DNA of 64,000 nt from Alphaproteobacteria bacterium (lineage in GTDB: Bacteria; Pseudomonadota; Alphaproteobacteria; MPNO01; UBA830). A model generated the notes under the pieces. That model did no database searches and was not told the DNA's origin. It saw only the letters and a program-made list of their open reading frames with translations. The position numbers were made by a program, and so were the translations under genes. Below are positions 9,865-20,377 of this stretch, in pieces. Within the stretch, counting starts at the first letter, position 1. Each line of letters opens with the position of its first letter. The stretch covers positions 2,400,001 to 2,464,000 of the forward strand of contig OZ219790.1 of NCBI GenBank assembly GCA_964291215.2, read 5' to 3'.

Positions 9865-11565
9865 ATGAGAACCATGAAACATGTGACTTTGGCGGCGCTG
9901 GCTGCTGCGGGCTTGGCGCTCGCGGGCTGCGGCGGCGGGTCCAAAAAGCCGGCCGCGATGGACGACCAGCAGATGGAGATGACGCCGGTCGAAAAAGCGC
10001 AGTCTTACGTCGCCGCCGCCACGGCGGCCAAGAAGGCGGCGGAGGATGCCGCGAAAACGGCCAAAATGCAGCTTGACGCGGCCAAGTTGGCGAACGCATA
10101 TGACATCTACACCACCGGAGGCGACAGCTCGGTGGTCCGGACCAACGCCGCGGCCGTGATAGCCGCGAAGGCGGCGGCCGACAAGGCGCTGGCGGACGCC
10201 AAGGCGGCGCTGACGGCGGCCAAGAAGGCGCAGACGGACCTGAACGCCGTGTCGGGCACGCCCGGCCTCGCGTCGCAAAAGGAGGTGGTCGGTCAGCGGA
10301 TCAAGGACGTGGAAGCGCAGATCAAGCTCATCGAGGGGTACCAGACAACGGTCAACGGCTATGCCGCGAAGGTCGATACCGAGGCGAAAATCAAGGGCCT
10401 CGCCGGCGAAACCCCCGCTAGTGCCGCCGAGAGCGGCAACAACGCGCGGCGGGTCCTTTACATGCTGCAGCCCACCGGCGAAGGCAATGGCTCTTCTCCT
10501 CCCAAGAACTCGTCTTGGTACTTGAGCAGGCCAGAACTGGCTGCCCTGCCTAAGGGGGATACGAAGGTACCGGTGGAGCGCGTCGCCCCTACCCCCTCGG
10601 ACACCAGCACAGACCCTGGCCGCTCCAAGGGCTACATCGAGTATGACCGGCGCGGCCTCCCGGAAGACGCCATGACCTGGGAGCAGATCGCCGGAGCGGG
10701 GAACCTGATCAAGAAGGCCTTCGGCACCAACATCATGGATGTCGATGTCCTGCCCCTTGCCGGGATGCCCGTTTCCGCATTAACCGACTCGGATGGAAAG
10801 GCCCTGACGGCGCTTCCTGAAATCCCCGCCGCCGGCAAACTCACCGACCAGTATTACAAGGGGATCAAGGGGACGTTGTATTGCCAGGGCAGCTGTAAGG
10901 TTGACGGCGGCAATCTGATGGGTTCGCTGTTTTTCCAGAAGGTTGGGGGAAATACGCTCTACTACCAGATGAAGGCGGGCAACTCCTACTACACGCCGTA
11001 CGGCACCTATGCCCGCTACGGGTACTGGCTGTATGAGAGCGTCTCCACCACCTTTATCGCTCTCTTCGCCCACAGCCCCGCCGGCTCTGCCGGGGATGTC
11101 AGCGAGACCGCCGGGCTTGCCGAAACCGCCACCCACGAGGGCAAGGCCCTGGGCCTGTCGGTGCTGAAGACCTACACCGGTCCCACTCTCACGGGGCTCA
11201 AGTCGGGACAGTTCACGGCGGATGTGACGCTCAACGCCAAGTTCGGGGCGGCGGGGACACCAGCACTGGGAGGAAAGATCGACAACTTCATGGGGAATGC
11301 CGTCGACGAGGACTGGAGCGTTACGCTCACGGAGAAGCAGGATGACGACCTCGACTTTCGCGGCTCGAGCAACAGGGGCGATGCCCAGGGTTCCGACTCT
11401 GCCGGCGGCGTTACGCCTCGAGCCGGCGGGTGGGAGGCTATAACCTATGGCGATAGCAGCACGAAGCGTCCGGTCGGCGTGATCGGCAACTTCAACGCCC
11501 ACTTCTCGAACGGGCACGTTGCCGGCAGCTTCGCAACGAGGATGAAGACGGAGACGACGGAGTAG
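9865..11565 (+). CDS. TbpB-like surface lipoprotein (copy 1)
   Basis: lipobox LAGC, Ala/Lys-rich helical stalk, C-terminal barrel motifs AT.EGKALG, FTADVTLNAKF, G.FNAHF.NGHVAGSF. Confidence 0.85.
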   Translation: MRTMKHVTLAALAAAGLALAGCGGGSKKPAAMDDQQMEMTPVEKAQSYVAAATAAKKAAEDAAKTAKMQLDAAKLANAYDIYTTGGDSSVVRTNAAAVIAAKAAADKALADAKAALTAAKKAQTDLNAVSGTPGLASQKEVVGQRIKDVEAQIKLIEGYQTTVNGYAAKVDTEAKIKGLAGETPASAAESGNNARRVLYMLQPTGEGNGSSPPKNSSWYLSRPELAALPKGDTKVPVERVAPTPSDTSTDPGRSKGYIEYDRRGLPEDAMTWEQIAGAGNLIKKAFGTNIMDVDVLPLAGMPVSALTDSDGKALTALPEIPAAGKLTDQYYKGIKGTLYCQGSCKVDGGNLMGSLFFQKVGGNTLYYQMKAGNSYYTPYGTYARYGYWLYESVSTTFIALFAHSPAGSAGDVSETAGLAETATHEGKALGLSVLKTYTGPTLTGLKSGQFTADVTLNAKFGAAGTPALGGKIDNFMGNAVDEDWSVTLTEKQDDDLDFRGSSNRGDAQGSDSAGGVTPRAGGWEAITYGDSSTKRPVGVIGNFNAHFSNGHVAGSFATRMKTETTE

Positions 11566-11585
11566 CCGGCTCCCGGATCCGGTTC

Positions 11586-11625
11586 AGGCCCCGGCTGCTC
11601 TTCAGGCGGCCGGGGCCTTCTTTCC
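11586..11625 (+). terminator. intercistronic stem-loop / intrinsic terminator
   Basis: AGGCCCCGGC...GCCGGGGCCT followed by TCTTT; stem conserved at ~55092-55130. Confidence 0.55.
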
Positions 11626-11665
11626 TCCGGCGCCCGGAGGTTCCCTTTCACGGACAGGGGTTCCC

Positions 11666-12664
11666 ATGCGCATACCCGCTCTCGTCATTGCCGCCGGGCT
11701 GTATCTGTTCGCCGCCGCCGCCCACGGCCAGGATGCGACCGGCGAGCGGTTCCGGGCGGGCATGGAGGCGCTCGCCGCCGCGCAGGCCGCCGCGGACCGG
11801 GACGCCCGCGACGGGAAGCTCGACGAGGCGATTGCGGCGTTCCGGGCCATCCTGGTGGACCGCCCGGAACTGGTGCGTGTGCGTCTGGAACTCGCACACG
11901 CTTTCTTCCTGAAGGAGGAGGACAGCCTGGCGCGGCGGCATTTCGAACAGGTTCTGGCGGGGACGCCGCCGCCGGCGGTGGCCGCCAACATCCGGCGCTT
12001 CCTCGACATCATGCGCGCGCGGCGGCGCTGGGAGGCGCATTTCGGCCTGGCGGTGGCGCCCGACAGCAACCTCAACGCCGCATCGGGGGAGCGCACGATC
12101 TTTCTCGACACGCCGTTAGGGCGCCTGCCCTTCACCCTCGACGGCGACGTGTCGCGCAAGTCGGGCATCGGCGTCTCGCTGTGGGGCGGCGGCGAATACC
12201 AGGTTCCGCTTTCGCCGGCCCTGCGGCTGCGCGCTGGGGCGGACGCCAGCGCGCGGGAATACAAGGGCGGGGCGTTCGACCGCCATTCGCTCTCGGCCCA
12301 TATCGGCCCGCGCCGGCTGATCGACGGGAGCACGGAGGCGAGCCTGCTGGCGGTGGTGGACCGGCAGTGGAACGCCGGGCGGCCCGAGACCGACCGCTTC
12401 GGCGTCCGGCTGGAAGGCGCGCACCGCCTGACGCCGCGCCTCGCCCTGTTCGCCTACGCCAGCGCCACCCGGCGCAACTGCCGCGGCTGCAACTGGCTCG
12501 ACGGCCCGGCGGGCGATTCGATGCTCGGCGCAAGCTGGGCCGCCCTGCCGATCCTGCGCCTCGGCGGCCATGCCGGATACAACTGGACCCGCGCCAATGC
12601 CGAACACTGGCGCAACCGCGGACCCCGGGCCGGCCTCGGCGCGACGCTCGCGCTGCCGGCCGGC
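11666..12664 (+). pseudogene. Slam-family outer membrane protein, truncated copy
   Basis: matches 13808-14806 up to LALPAG, then IS1380 sequence. Confidence 0.9.
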
Positions 12665-13240
12665 GGGCTGGGAGGAACAGAGCTACGTGGTGGTCCGCCG
12701 CCGCCGCGACCGGGGCCAGACCCTGCTGCTTCCCGTCTACACCGTGATCCCGGTCTCGCGCGACGACCTTCCGCTCGACGAGCTGGTGCGCCGCCACCGC
12801 GGGAAGCAGGGCCGGGAGAACGCCTTCAAGGGGCCGCTGATCGACCTCGACCTGCATCACCCGTCGTGCCGGAGGTTCCGCGCCAATCAGGCCTTCTAAA
12901 TCTGCGGCCAGATCGCGCAGATGCTGCTGCGCGCGGTCCAATACCAGTTGTTGCCGGCCCGCGCCCGGCGCCATGGCCTGCGGCCCCTGATCCGCTATCT
13001 GGTGAGGGTCGTGGGAAGGCTGGTGCGCAGCGGCCGGCGGCTCGACTTCGCGCGCAACAACTTCCGGCTCGACTGGCTCTACCACGCCGCCGTCCAGCTC
13101 GAATAGCAGGCCCCGGCGCACCCTGCTCCGTCCCCGCTCGAAACCGGCAGGCCCGGGGCAGCCCGCTAGTCCCCCGAACCGCCAAACGCGCCGTCCAGCC
13201 GCGCTAACAGGCGAACGCACATCATCCGACCTCTCGACGC
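12665..13240 (+). mobile_element. IS1380-family transposase 3' fragment
   Basis: HRGKQGRENAFK....DLDLHH.SCRRFRANQAF; R.LIRYL....GRLVRSGRR. Confidence 0.7.
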
Positions 13241-13299
13241 TCCGACGCCGCCATCGCTGTGCACGAAAATCCGCATCGCCAGCCTCAATCCGGCACACC

Positions 13300-13513
13300 T
13301 TCCGCGCGTATCAGGGAATCGAGGCTTCATGACCTCCGTCATACCATGGCCAGCCATGCCGTGATGAACGGCGTGCCCGTCCCGGTGGTCTCCCGGCTGC
13401 TCGGCCATTCCAGTGTGAGGATGACGCTGCGCTATGCCCATCTCGCCGACCGCGACATCGAAGCCGCCGCGGAACGCGTCGGGCAGGCCATGAGCGCCGT
13501 GCTGGAGGCTTGA
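13300..13513 (+). pseudogene. tyrosine integrase C-terminal fragment
   Basis: RLHDLRHT.AS.....G......SRLLGH....T.RYAHL. Confidence 0.88.
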
Positions 13514-13555
13514 TGCACGACCCCGGCCCGATGCAGCCGCTATTGGCGTGTCCGG

Positions 13556-14806
13556 TCAGAACTGCCGCACGAAGGAGAGTTCGGCGCGGTTGCGGTCGTA
13601 GTCGAGGGTTTGGGCGTTGGTATCGCGCTCCTCGCGGATGAGCGAGAGGCGGGGGCTGAAGCCGAGCACGGTGAAGGCGCGGTTGTGCACGGAGAACGAG
13701 AGAGTGCGCGTCTCGTCCCGGCGCGGCCTGCGGTCGATGGTGTTGTGGGCGAAGCCCTGTCCCTGGTATGCGGCGCGCTGCAGGGAGGCGCGCAGGCCGA
13801 GGGTGAAGCCGGCCGGCAGCGCGAGCGTCGCGCCGAGGCCGGCCCGGGGTCCGCGGTTGCGCCAGTGTTCGGCATTGGCGCGGGTCCAGTTGTATCCGGC
13901 ATGGCCGCCGAGGCGCAGGATCGGCAGGGCGGCCCAGCTTGCGCCGAGCATCGAATCGCCCGCCGGGCCGTCGAGCCAGTTGCAGCCGCGGCAGTTGCGC
14001 CGGGTGGCGCTGGCGTAGGCGAACAGGGCGAGGCGCGGCGTCAGGCGGTGCGCGCCTTCCAGCCGGACGCCGAAGCGGTCGGTCTCGGGCCGCCCGGCGT
14101 TCCACTGCCGGTCCACCACCGCCAGCAGGCTCGCCTCCGTGCTCCCGTCGATCAGCCGGCGCGGGCCGATATGGGCCGAGAGCGAATGGCGGTCGAACGC
14201 CCCGCCCTTGTATTCCCGCGCGCTGGCGTCCGCCCCAGCGCGCAGCCGCAGGGCCGGCGAAAGCGGAACCTGGTATTCGCCGCCGCCCCACAGCGAGACG
14301 CCGATGCCCGACTTGCGCGACACGTCGCCGTCGAGGGTGAAGGGCAGGCGCCCTAACGGCGTGTCGAGAAAGATCGTGCGCTCCCCCGATGCGGCGTTGA
14401 GGTTGCTGTCGGGCGCCACCGCCAGGCCGAAATGCGCCTCCCAGCGCCGCCGCGCGCGCATGATGTCGAGGAAGCGCCGGATGTTGGCGGCCACCGCCGG
14501 CGGCGGCGTCCCCGCCAGAACCTGTTCGAAATGCCGCCGCGCCAGGCTGTCCTCCTCCTTCAGGAAGAAAGCGTGTGCGAGTTCCAGACGCACACGCACC
14601 AGTTCCGGGCGGTCCACCAGGATGGCCCGGAACGCCGCAATCGCCTCGTCGAGCTTCCCGTCGCGGGCGTCCCGGTCCGCGGCGGCCTGCGCGGCGGCGA
14701 GCGCCTCCATGCCCGCCCGGAACCGCTCGCCGGTCGCATCCTGGCCGTGGGCGGCGGCGGCGAACAGATACAGCCCGGCGGCAATGACGAGAGCGGGTAT
14801 GCGCAT
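13556..14806 (-). CDS. Slam-family (DUF560; type XI secretion) outer membrane protein, intact
   Basis: signal peptide, TPR motif RVRLELA......D..A..HF, APDSN.N start of barrel, C-terminal F; downstream of TbpB-like lipoprotein. Confidence 0.88.
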   Translation of the reverse strand: MRIPALVIAAGLYLFAAAAHGQDATGERFRAGMEALAAAQAAADRDARDGKLDEAIAAFRAILVDRPELVRVRLELAHAFFLKEEDSLARRHFEQVLAGTPPPAVAANIRRFLDIMRARRRWEAHFGLAVAPDSNLNAASGERTIFLDTPLGRLPFTLDGDVSRKSGIGVSLWGGGEYQVPLSPALRLRAGADASAREYKGGAFDRHSLSAHIGPRRLIDGSTEASLLAVVDRQWNAGRPETDRFGVRLEGAHRLTPRLALFAYASATRRNCRGCNWLDGPAGDSMLGASWAALPILRLGGHAGYNWTRANAEHWRNRGPRAGLGATLALPAGFTLGLRASLQRAAYQGQGFAHNTIDRRPRRDETRTLSFSVHNRAFTVLGFSPRLSLIREERDTNAQTLDYDRNRAELSFVRQF

Positions 14807-14906
14807 GGGAACCCCTGTCCGTGAAAGGGAACCTCCGGGCGCCGGAGGAAAGAAGGCCCCGGCCGCCTGAAGAGCAGCCGGGGCCTGAACCGGATCCGGG
14901 AGCCGG

Positions 14907-16607
14907 CTACTCCGTCGTCTCCGTCTTCATCCTCGTTGCGAAGCTGCCGGCAACGTGCCCGTTCGAGAAGTGGGCGTTGAAGTTGCCGATCACGCCGACC
15001 GGACGCTTCGTGCTGCTATCGCCATAGGTTATAGCCTCCCACCCGCCGGCTCGAGGCGTAACGCCGCCGGCAGAGTCGGAACCCTGGGCATCGCCCCTGT
15101 TGCTCGAGCCGCGAAAGTCGAGGTCGTCATCCTGCTTCTCCATGAGCGTAACGCTCCAGTCCTCGTCGACGGCATTCCCCATGAAGTTGTCGATCTTTCC
15201 TCCCAGTGCTGGTGTCCCCGCCGCCCCGAACTTGGCGTTGAGCGTCACATCCGCCGTGAACTGTCCCGACTTGAGCCCCGTGAGAGTGGGACCGGTGTAG
15301 GTCTTCAGCACCGACAGGCCCAGGGCCTTGCCCTCGTAGGTGGCGGTTTCGGCAAGCCCGGCGGTCTCGCTGACATCCCCGGCAGAGCCGGCGGGGCTGT
15401 GGGCGAAGAGAGCGATAAAGGTGGTGGAGACGCTCTCATACAGCCAGTACCCGTAGCGGGCATAGGTGCCGTACGGCGTGTAGTAGGAGTTGCCCGCCTT
15501 CATCTGGTAGTAGAGCGTATTTCCCCCAACCTTCTGGAAAAACAGCGAACCCATCAGATTGCCGCCGTCAACCTTACAGCTGCCCTGGCAATACAACGTC
15601 CCCTTGATCCCCTTGTAATACTGGTCGGTGAGTTTGCCGGCGGCGGGGATTTCAGGAAGCGCCGTCAGGGCCTTTCCATCCGAGTCGGTTAATGCGGAAA
15701 CGGGCATCCCGGCAAGGGGCAGGACATCGACATCCATGATGTTGGTGCCGAAGGCCTTCTTGATCAGGTTCCCCGCTCCGGCGATCTGCTCCCAGGTCAT
15801 GGCGTCTTCCGGGAGGCCGCGCCGGTCATACTCGATGTAGCCCTTGGAGCGGCCAGGGTCTGTGCTGGTGTCCGAGGGGGTAGGGGCGACGCGCTCCACC
15901 GGTACCTTCGTATCCCCCTTAGGCAGGGCAGCCAGTTCTGGCCTGCTCAAGTACCAAGACGAGTTCTTGGGAGGAGAAGAGCCATTGCCTTCGCCGGTGG
16001 GCTGCAGCATGTAAAGGACCCGCCGCGCGTTGTTGCCGCTCTCGGCGGCACTAGCGGGGGTTTCGCCGGCGAGGCCCTTGATTTTCGCCTCGGTATCGAC
16101 CTTCGCGGCATAGCCGTTGACCGTTGTCTGGTACCCCTCGATGAGCTTGATCTGCGCTTCCACGTCCTTGATCCGCTGACCGACCACCTCCTTTTGCGAC
16201 GCGAGGCCGGGCGTGCCCGACACGGCGTTCAGGTCCGTCTGCGCCTTCTTGGCCGCCGTCAGCGCCGCCTTGGCGTCCGCCAGCGCCTTGTCGGCCGCCG
16301 CCTTCGCGGCTATCACGGCCGCGGCGTTGGTCCGGACCACCGAGCTGTCGCCTCCGGTGGTGTAGATGTCATATGCGTTCGCCAACTTGGCCGCGTCAAG
16401 CTGCATTTTGGCCGTTTTCGCGGCATCCTCCGCCGCCTTCTTGGCCGCCGTGGCGGCGGCGACGTAAGACTGCGCTTTTTCGACCGGCGTCATCTCCATC
16501 TGCTGGTCGTCCATCGCGGCCGGCTTTTTGGACCCGCCGCCGCAGCCCGCGAGCGCCAAGCCCGCAGCAGCCAGCGCCGCCAAAGTCACATGTTTCATGG
16601 TTCTCAT
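14907..16607 (-). CDS. TbpB-like surface lipoprotein (copy 2)
   Basis: as copy 1; AGGAGA RBS before ATG 16607. Confidence 0.87.
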   Translation of the reverse strand: MRTMKHVTLAALAAAGLALAGCGGGSKKPAAMDDQQMEMTPVEKAQSYVAAATAAKKAAEDAAKTAKMQLDAAKLANAYDIYTTGGDSSVVRTNAAAVIAAKAAADKALADAKAALTAAKKAQTDLNAVSGTPGLASQKEVVGQRIKDVEAQIKLIEGYQTTVNGYAAKVDTEAKIKGLAGETPASAAESGNNARRVLYMLQPTGEGNGSSPPKNSSWYLSRPELAALPKGDTKVPVERVAPTPSDTSTDPGRSKGYIEYDRRGLPEDAMTWEQIAGAGNLIKKAFGTNIMDVDVLPLAGMPVSALTDSDGKALTALPEIPAAGKLTDQYYKGIKGTLYCQGSCKVDGGNLMGSLFFQKVGGNTLYYQMKAGNSYYTPYGTYARYGYWLYESVSTTFIALFAHSPAGSAGDVSETAGLAETATYEGKALGLSVLKTYTGPTLTGLKSGQFTADVTLNAKFGAAGTPALGGKIDNFMGNAVDEDWSVTLMEKQDDDLDFRGSSNRGDAQGSDSAGGVTPRAGGWEAITYGDSSTKRPVGVIGNFNAHFSNGHVAGSFATRMKTETTE

Positions 16608-16884
16608 CGAACTTTTCTCCTTAGCTCCCAGCTCAAACCTGACGAGCAGACTGTTTGGTATTTCACTAGACCGCTGCACCGGTTTAAAAGCCGCCCAGCC
16701 GCCTGCATTTGAACAACACCCGCATCTTAACCGTATGCGGCCCGCACCGCAACCTCACACTGATTCCCCGAATGCCAATTATCCAGATCTGTTGCATTCA
16801 TGCAACATGTTGCGACACGACAAACGCGCCGACACCTTGACCCTATCCGCTGTCATCATGCGCTCCTGCCGCCGAAGCTCGGCA

Positions 16885-16995
16885 AGGTGATCCCATGCTT
16901 GTTGATGTGATGTGATCGGAGTCCTGATCGCGGCGCGGGTCGACGCGTTCGAGGCTGCGATTTTGAGATTTGCTGACGCGCTGTTGCGGCGCGGG
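16885..16995 (-). mobile_element. ISAs1 3'-end fragment
   Basis: near-identical to 29066-29177. Confidence 0.7.
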
Positions 16996-17026
16996 CTGTC
17001 CATTAGTCATAAATCCTGTCATAACG

Positions 17027-18460
17027 TATCTACTCACCCCTTGTTGGGTTCTGATTGGCCATAGTGCTCGTTGATGATATCTGCGGCTTTTCCGTCGAGG
17101 GCGATTTGGGTGGCGACGTGATGATTGTAGCCGAGTGCGGCCATGGAGGTGAGGTAGCTTGAGCCCCGGCACCATGCTTTTGCGTGGAGCGGAAGCATCC
17201 GGACACCTTGACCTTTGCCATCCTGATCTTCTGTTCTCCGGCATTGTTGGTGAAGCTGACGTCGGGGTTGTCTATGAAGCGCAGGTTTTCGTGTTTCACG
17301 AGACGTTCGTGCAGGTTGTGCGCGTCGGACTTGCGTCCACGTTTTCCTTTCGTCGGGATGTCGGGCAGTTCCCTGGCGCCCTGATGATGCGGTAGCGCTT
17401 GCGCCCGGCGTCGTTCAGGGTTTTGGATGCGCTCTTGTTGACCTTGTGGCAGACCTCGCGGAACAGGCTCTTCATCAGTCGCGCGGTAGCCTCGACGACA
17501 AAGGTCAGTTCGCGCAGCAGGTGGCTGCCGCACAGCTGGTGGCTACACTGGCCCATGTACGAGGCCCAGGACGCCCTTGTAGCACGGGCCGATCTCTTGC
17601 CCGCGCTTGCGGTGCGGGAACTTGCACGTCAGGGTCCCACGACATGGAGCCACTTGCTGTTGATCCGAAATCGTCGACATCGGGCGTTGCAGGAGGTGCG
17701 CCACGGCAGCCTCCTCCCATGACGCATCGTGAAAGCATAGCTGAGGCCTCGGAGAGCTTGATGCCGGAGATCGCCTGCACGAGCGCGACGGCACGGCGCA
17801 GGGACAGCATCTGGGCGACCAGCAGGTTGATGACGAGGGCTTGGATGCCGATGCCGTACTGCACGGGATGTTGTCGGGGAACCGGCCCTTGCACTTCGGG
17901 CATTCCTTGATCTCGGCGCGGCGCTCGACGACCTCGAACACGATGTCGTAGAGGATGCAGCGCTCCCAATCGACGGGGCCGTCGGCGCCGCAGGCGTCGC
18001 AGGCCGCGACCGTCTCTTCGACGATGGTCTTGCACAGGTTGTCGCCCATCTGCCGGTTCGGCTTCGGGCCGTTGCTCCCGGCACGCTCTTGTCCGTCTGT
18101 GACGGCGGCAGACCGGAGTTCCGGCTCGTGCGTGGTCTTCTCCAGAAGGACGACGATGAGGATGTCGAACAGGATGACGAAGACGCGGATCACGGCCTCT
18201 TCCGCCACCTTGCCGGCAGCGCCGCGGTCTTGGCCGCTTCGAACTCCTCGCGCGCCGCCCGTCGCCATCACCCGGCCTTGCGCTTCATCAGCGCGCCGCC
18301 TCCGAGATGCGTTTCCACATACAGATCATGCGGGGGCTGGAGCCCCGGAAGCAGCTGGCACAGCCCGCTCGTCGCCTTCGATCCAAAGTAGCCCACTGGT
18401 GGTCCCCATCGTTCTCGATGACCACCACTAAGCGAATCGGCCTGCAGTGTCAAATCTCCA
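17027..18460 (-). mobile_element. IS66-family element copy 2, left end cut by IS30
   Basis: collinear with 6085-7532. Confidence 0.88.
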
Positions 18461-19660
18461 CCCCACTTCCAGTCTGAAGTGCAACATCCGGCCCTCATCG
18501 CAGTGAGGGCGTAGCCCGAACGGAGATGAGGGCCGGATGTTGCACAAATTTTTCCCCTCTGCCCTTCTCGATTCCGCCTGGAAACAGCTTCAGTTCCTTC
18601 AACATCGAGCTTATGCAACGCCTTTGTCGGCTTCAAGCCACTATTTCGCCGTCGCGCGGCATGGACCCTGCTGCACGTTGCGGCTTTGGAACGCAGATGG
18701 TCAGCGCGGTTTCACTTCAAGATTACCTCCGTCGGCGATCCCAGGACTTTCCGAGTGTTGAGCCGCACCTTCTGAACATCTTCGTTGCATGTCGCGCGAA
18801 AGTCCGTGCCCTTCGGGAAGTACTCCCGCACCAGGCCGTTGGTGTGCTCATTCAAGCCGCGCTCCCAGGAATGGAAAGGCGAAGAAGAAATCTGCGTCAA
18901 GTGCGACACGCCTGTGGTCTGCGAACTCCTTGCCGTTGTGATTGTGTGGACCAATAGCGCACCAGAGCCGAGCAGGCGGATCATGACCGAACCGACCGTG
19001 TCTTTCTGTCCACCCGGCAAGGTGTATTTCGTGGCACGAGCGACACGACAGCTCCACTGTGAGCTTTGCCGATGATGGCTCCCAGTCGCCGATCCGTTCC
19101 TTTGCCTCCGCAGGGCGCTCGGAAATGTCCACCCGGCCAGAATGGCATCCGCCCTTCCAGTTCGGCTTCTTGCCGCGCCGCCGAAGCTTCTTCCACAAGA
19201 CGCCCCCGGCTCTCCGATCTTCATGAATGCGATCATAGATCCGTTGCCGACCCACTGGGCGGCCCTCCAGTCGAAAACGGCCGCTGATCTGCTCGGGGCC
19301 CTCCCGCAGCTTTTTCTGAGCTTCAGCCCGAGGCGTCAACCGCCAAGAAACAGACGAGGCGGCCCTGCGTTTCTGCCATCCTTTGCGCCTGCTTGTGACG
19401 ATAACCCCGTCCCCCGGTGTTGCGCTTGATCTCCCGGAAAATTGTTGATCGGCCCAGCTGCCGAGCAATCGCACCTTGTGAAAGACCGCTTTTCTGCCTC
19501 AATCTGGCATCGCTCTTCGTAGGTGACGGTAGCCTTTGGACATGAACAAGCTCCCTTCATCTTGTACAGGAACTCTCGCCGCTACCGCTCCGCAACATCA
19601 TGCGTCTAAAAACACATGGCCACAGCCCATCATGTGTTGCACTTCACTATGGAACGGGGG
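18461..19660 (-). mobile_element. IS30-family element copy 1 (degraded)
   Basis: ends CCCCACTTCCAGTCTGAAGTGCAACA / TGTTGCACTTCACTATGGAACGGGGG; STIFREIKRN, ISERP....R.GDWE, SWERGLNEHTNGLVREYFPK. Confidence 0.9.
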
Positions 19661-19930
19661 TGTTCGAGCAACACATAGAGGCGCGCCTCGTGGCCGCTCC
19701 TCAGCCTGACCCGGAAGAGCGCGTCGCACTGGGTCCGCGCGGCGTTCTCGTCGACGAAGCTGCCCTCGACCGCCTCGGGCGGGGCCTCGGAGTCGAGGAG
19801 GGCTGCCACCTCGGGTGGCAGGTATTCCGCGAGCAGCGAAGCGGCGCGGGCCGGCTCGGAGACCAGCGCCCGGAACAGCGCATCGTGCGGCGTCGCCGGA
19901 AGGCTCACCGGGAAAGACCTCCGGCATCGT
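19661..19930 (-). pseudogene. Rpn/YhgA-like PD-(D/E)XK nuclease N-terminal half, cut by IS30
   Basis: TPHDALFR...GSFVD......DALFRV.......YVLLEH. Confidence 0.85.
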
Positions 19931-20060
19931 CTCCGGGAGGCTCCCGACGGACAGCCCGCTCGCGGGCCGGAAGAGGAAGGACGTTCGACATGACGGCACC
20001 CTAAGCGGGAACATCGGGTTCGCAATCGCCGGTGCCTGCCTCGGGGACAGGCCGGAACCG

Positions 20061-20200
20061 TCATGACGGGCGGTAGTCCCTGAGGATATCGGCGGCAATG
20101 CTGTCGGAGACGCGGACGGCGGACCCGCGCACCGGGCCTTGCGCCAGATGCGCATAGCGCGCGGTAGTGGAAGGACTCCATGCCGCATTCGGCTGATTTC
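20061..20200 (-). pseudogene. integrase C-terminal remnant
   Basis: STTARYAHLA..PVR.SA.RVSDSIAADI. Confidence 0.65.
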
Positions 20201-20377
20201 CCGCATCGCGGGCGGCAATTGGCCGGGTCGAGCCAGCCGACGCATAGTGGGCATCAAGTAGATTACTCGATTCCGGGAGGGCGCCATGGTGGGCAAGCAT
20301 ACAGGGGTTGAGGCGGCGATGAGGGCGGTCGCGCCGGCCGGCATCCGGTCCGGGAAGTCCATGCGGGAGATCGCAAC

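Larger units (their letters stand above)
9850..16622. repeat. 2815 bp inverted duplication (9850-12664 / 13808-16622) with 1143 bp spacer
   Basis: mirror coordinates sum to 26472; the lipoproteins differ only at H/Y and T/M. Confidence 0.95.

Noticed and set aside
11666-13207. 513 aa Slam with a novel Pro/Arg-rich C-terminus
   Set aside because: Read-through into out-of-frame IS1380 sequence after 12664
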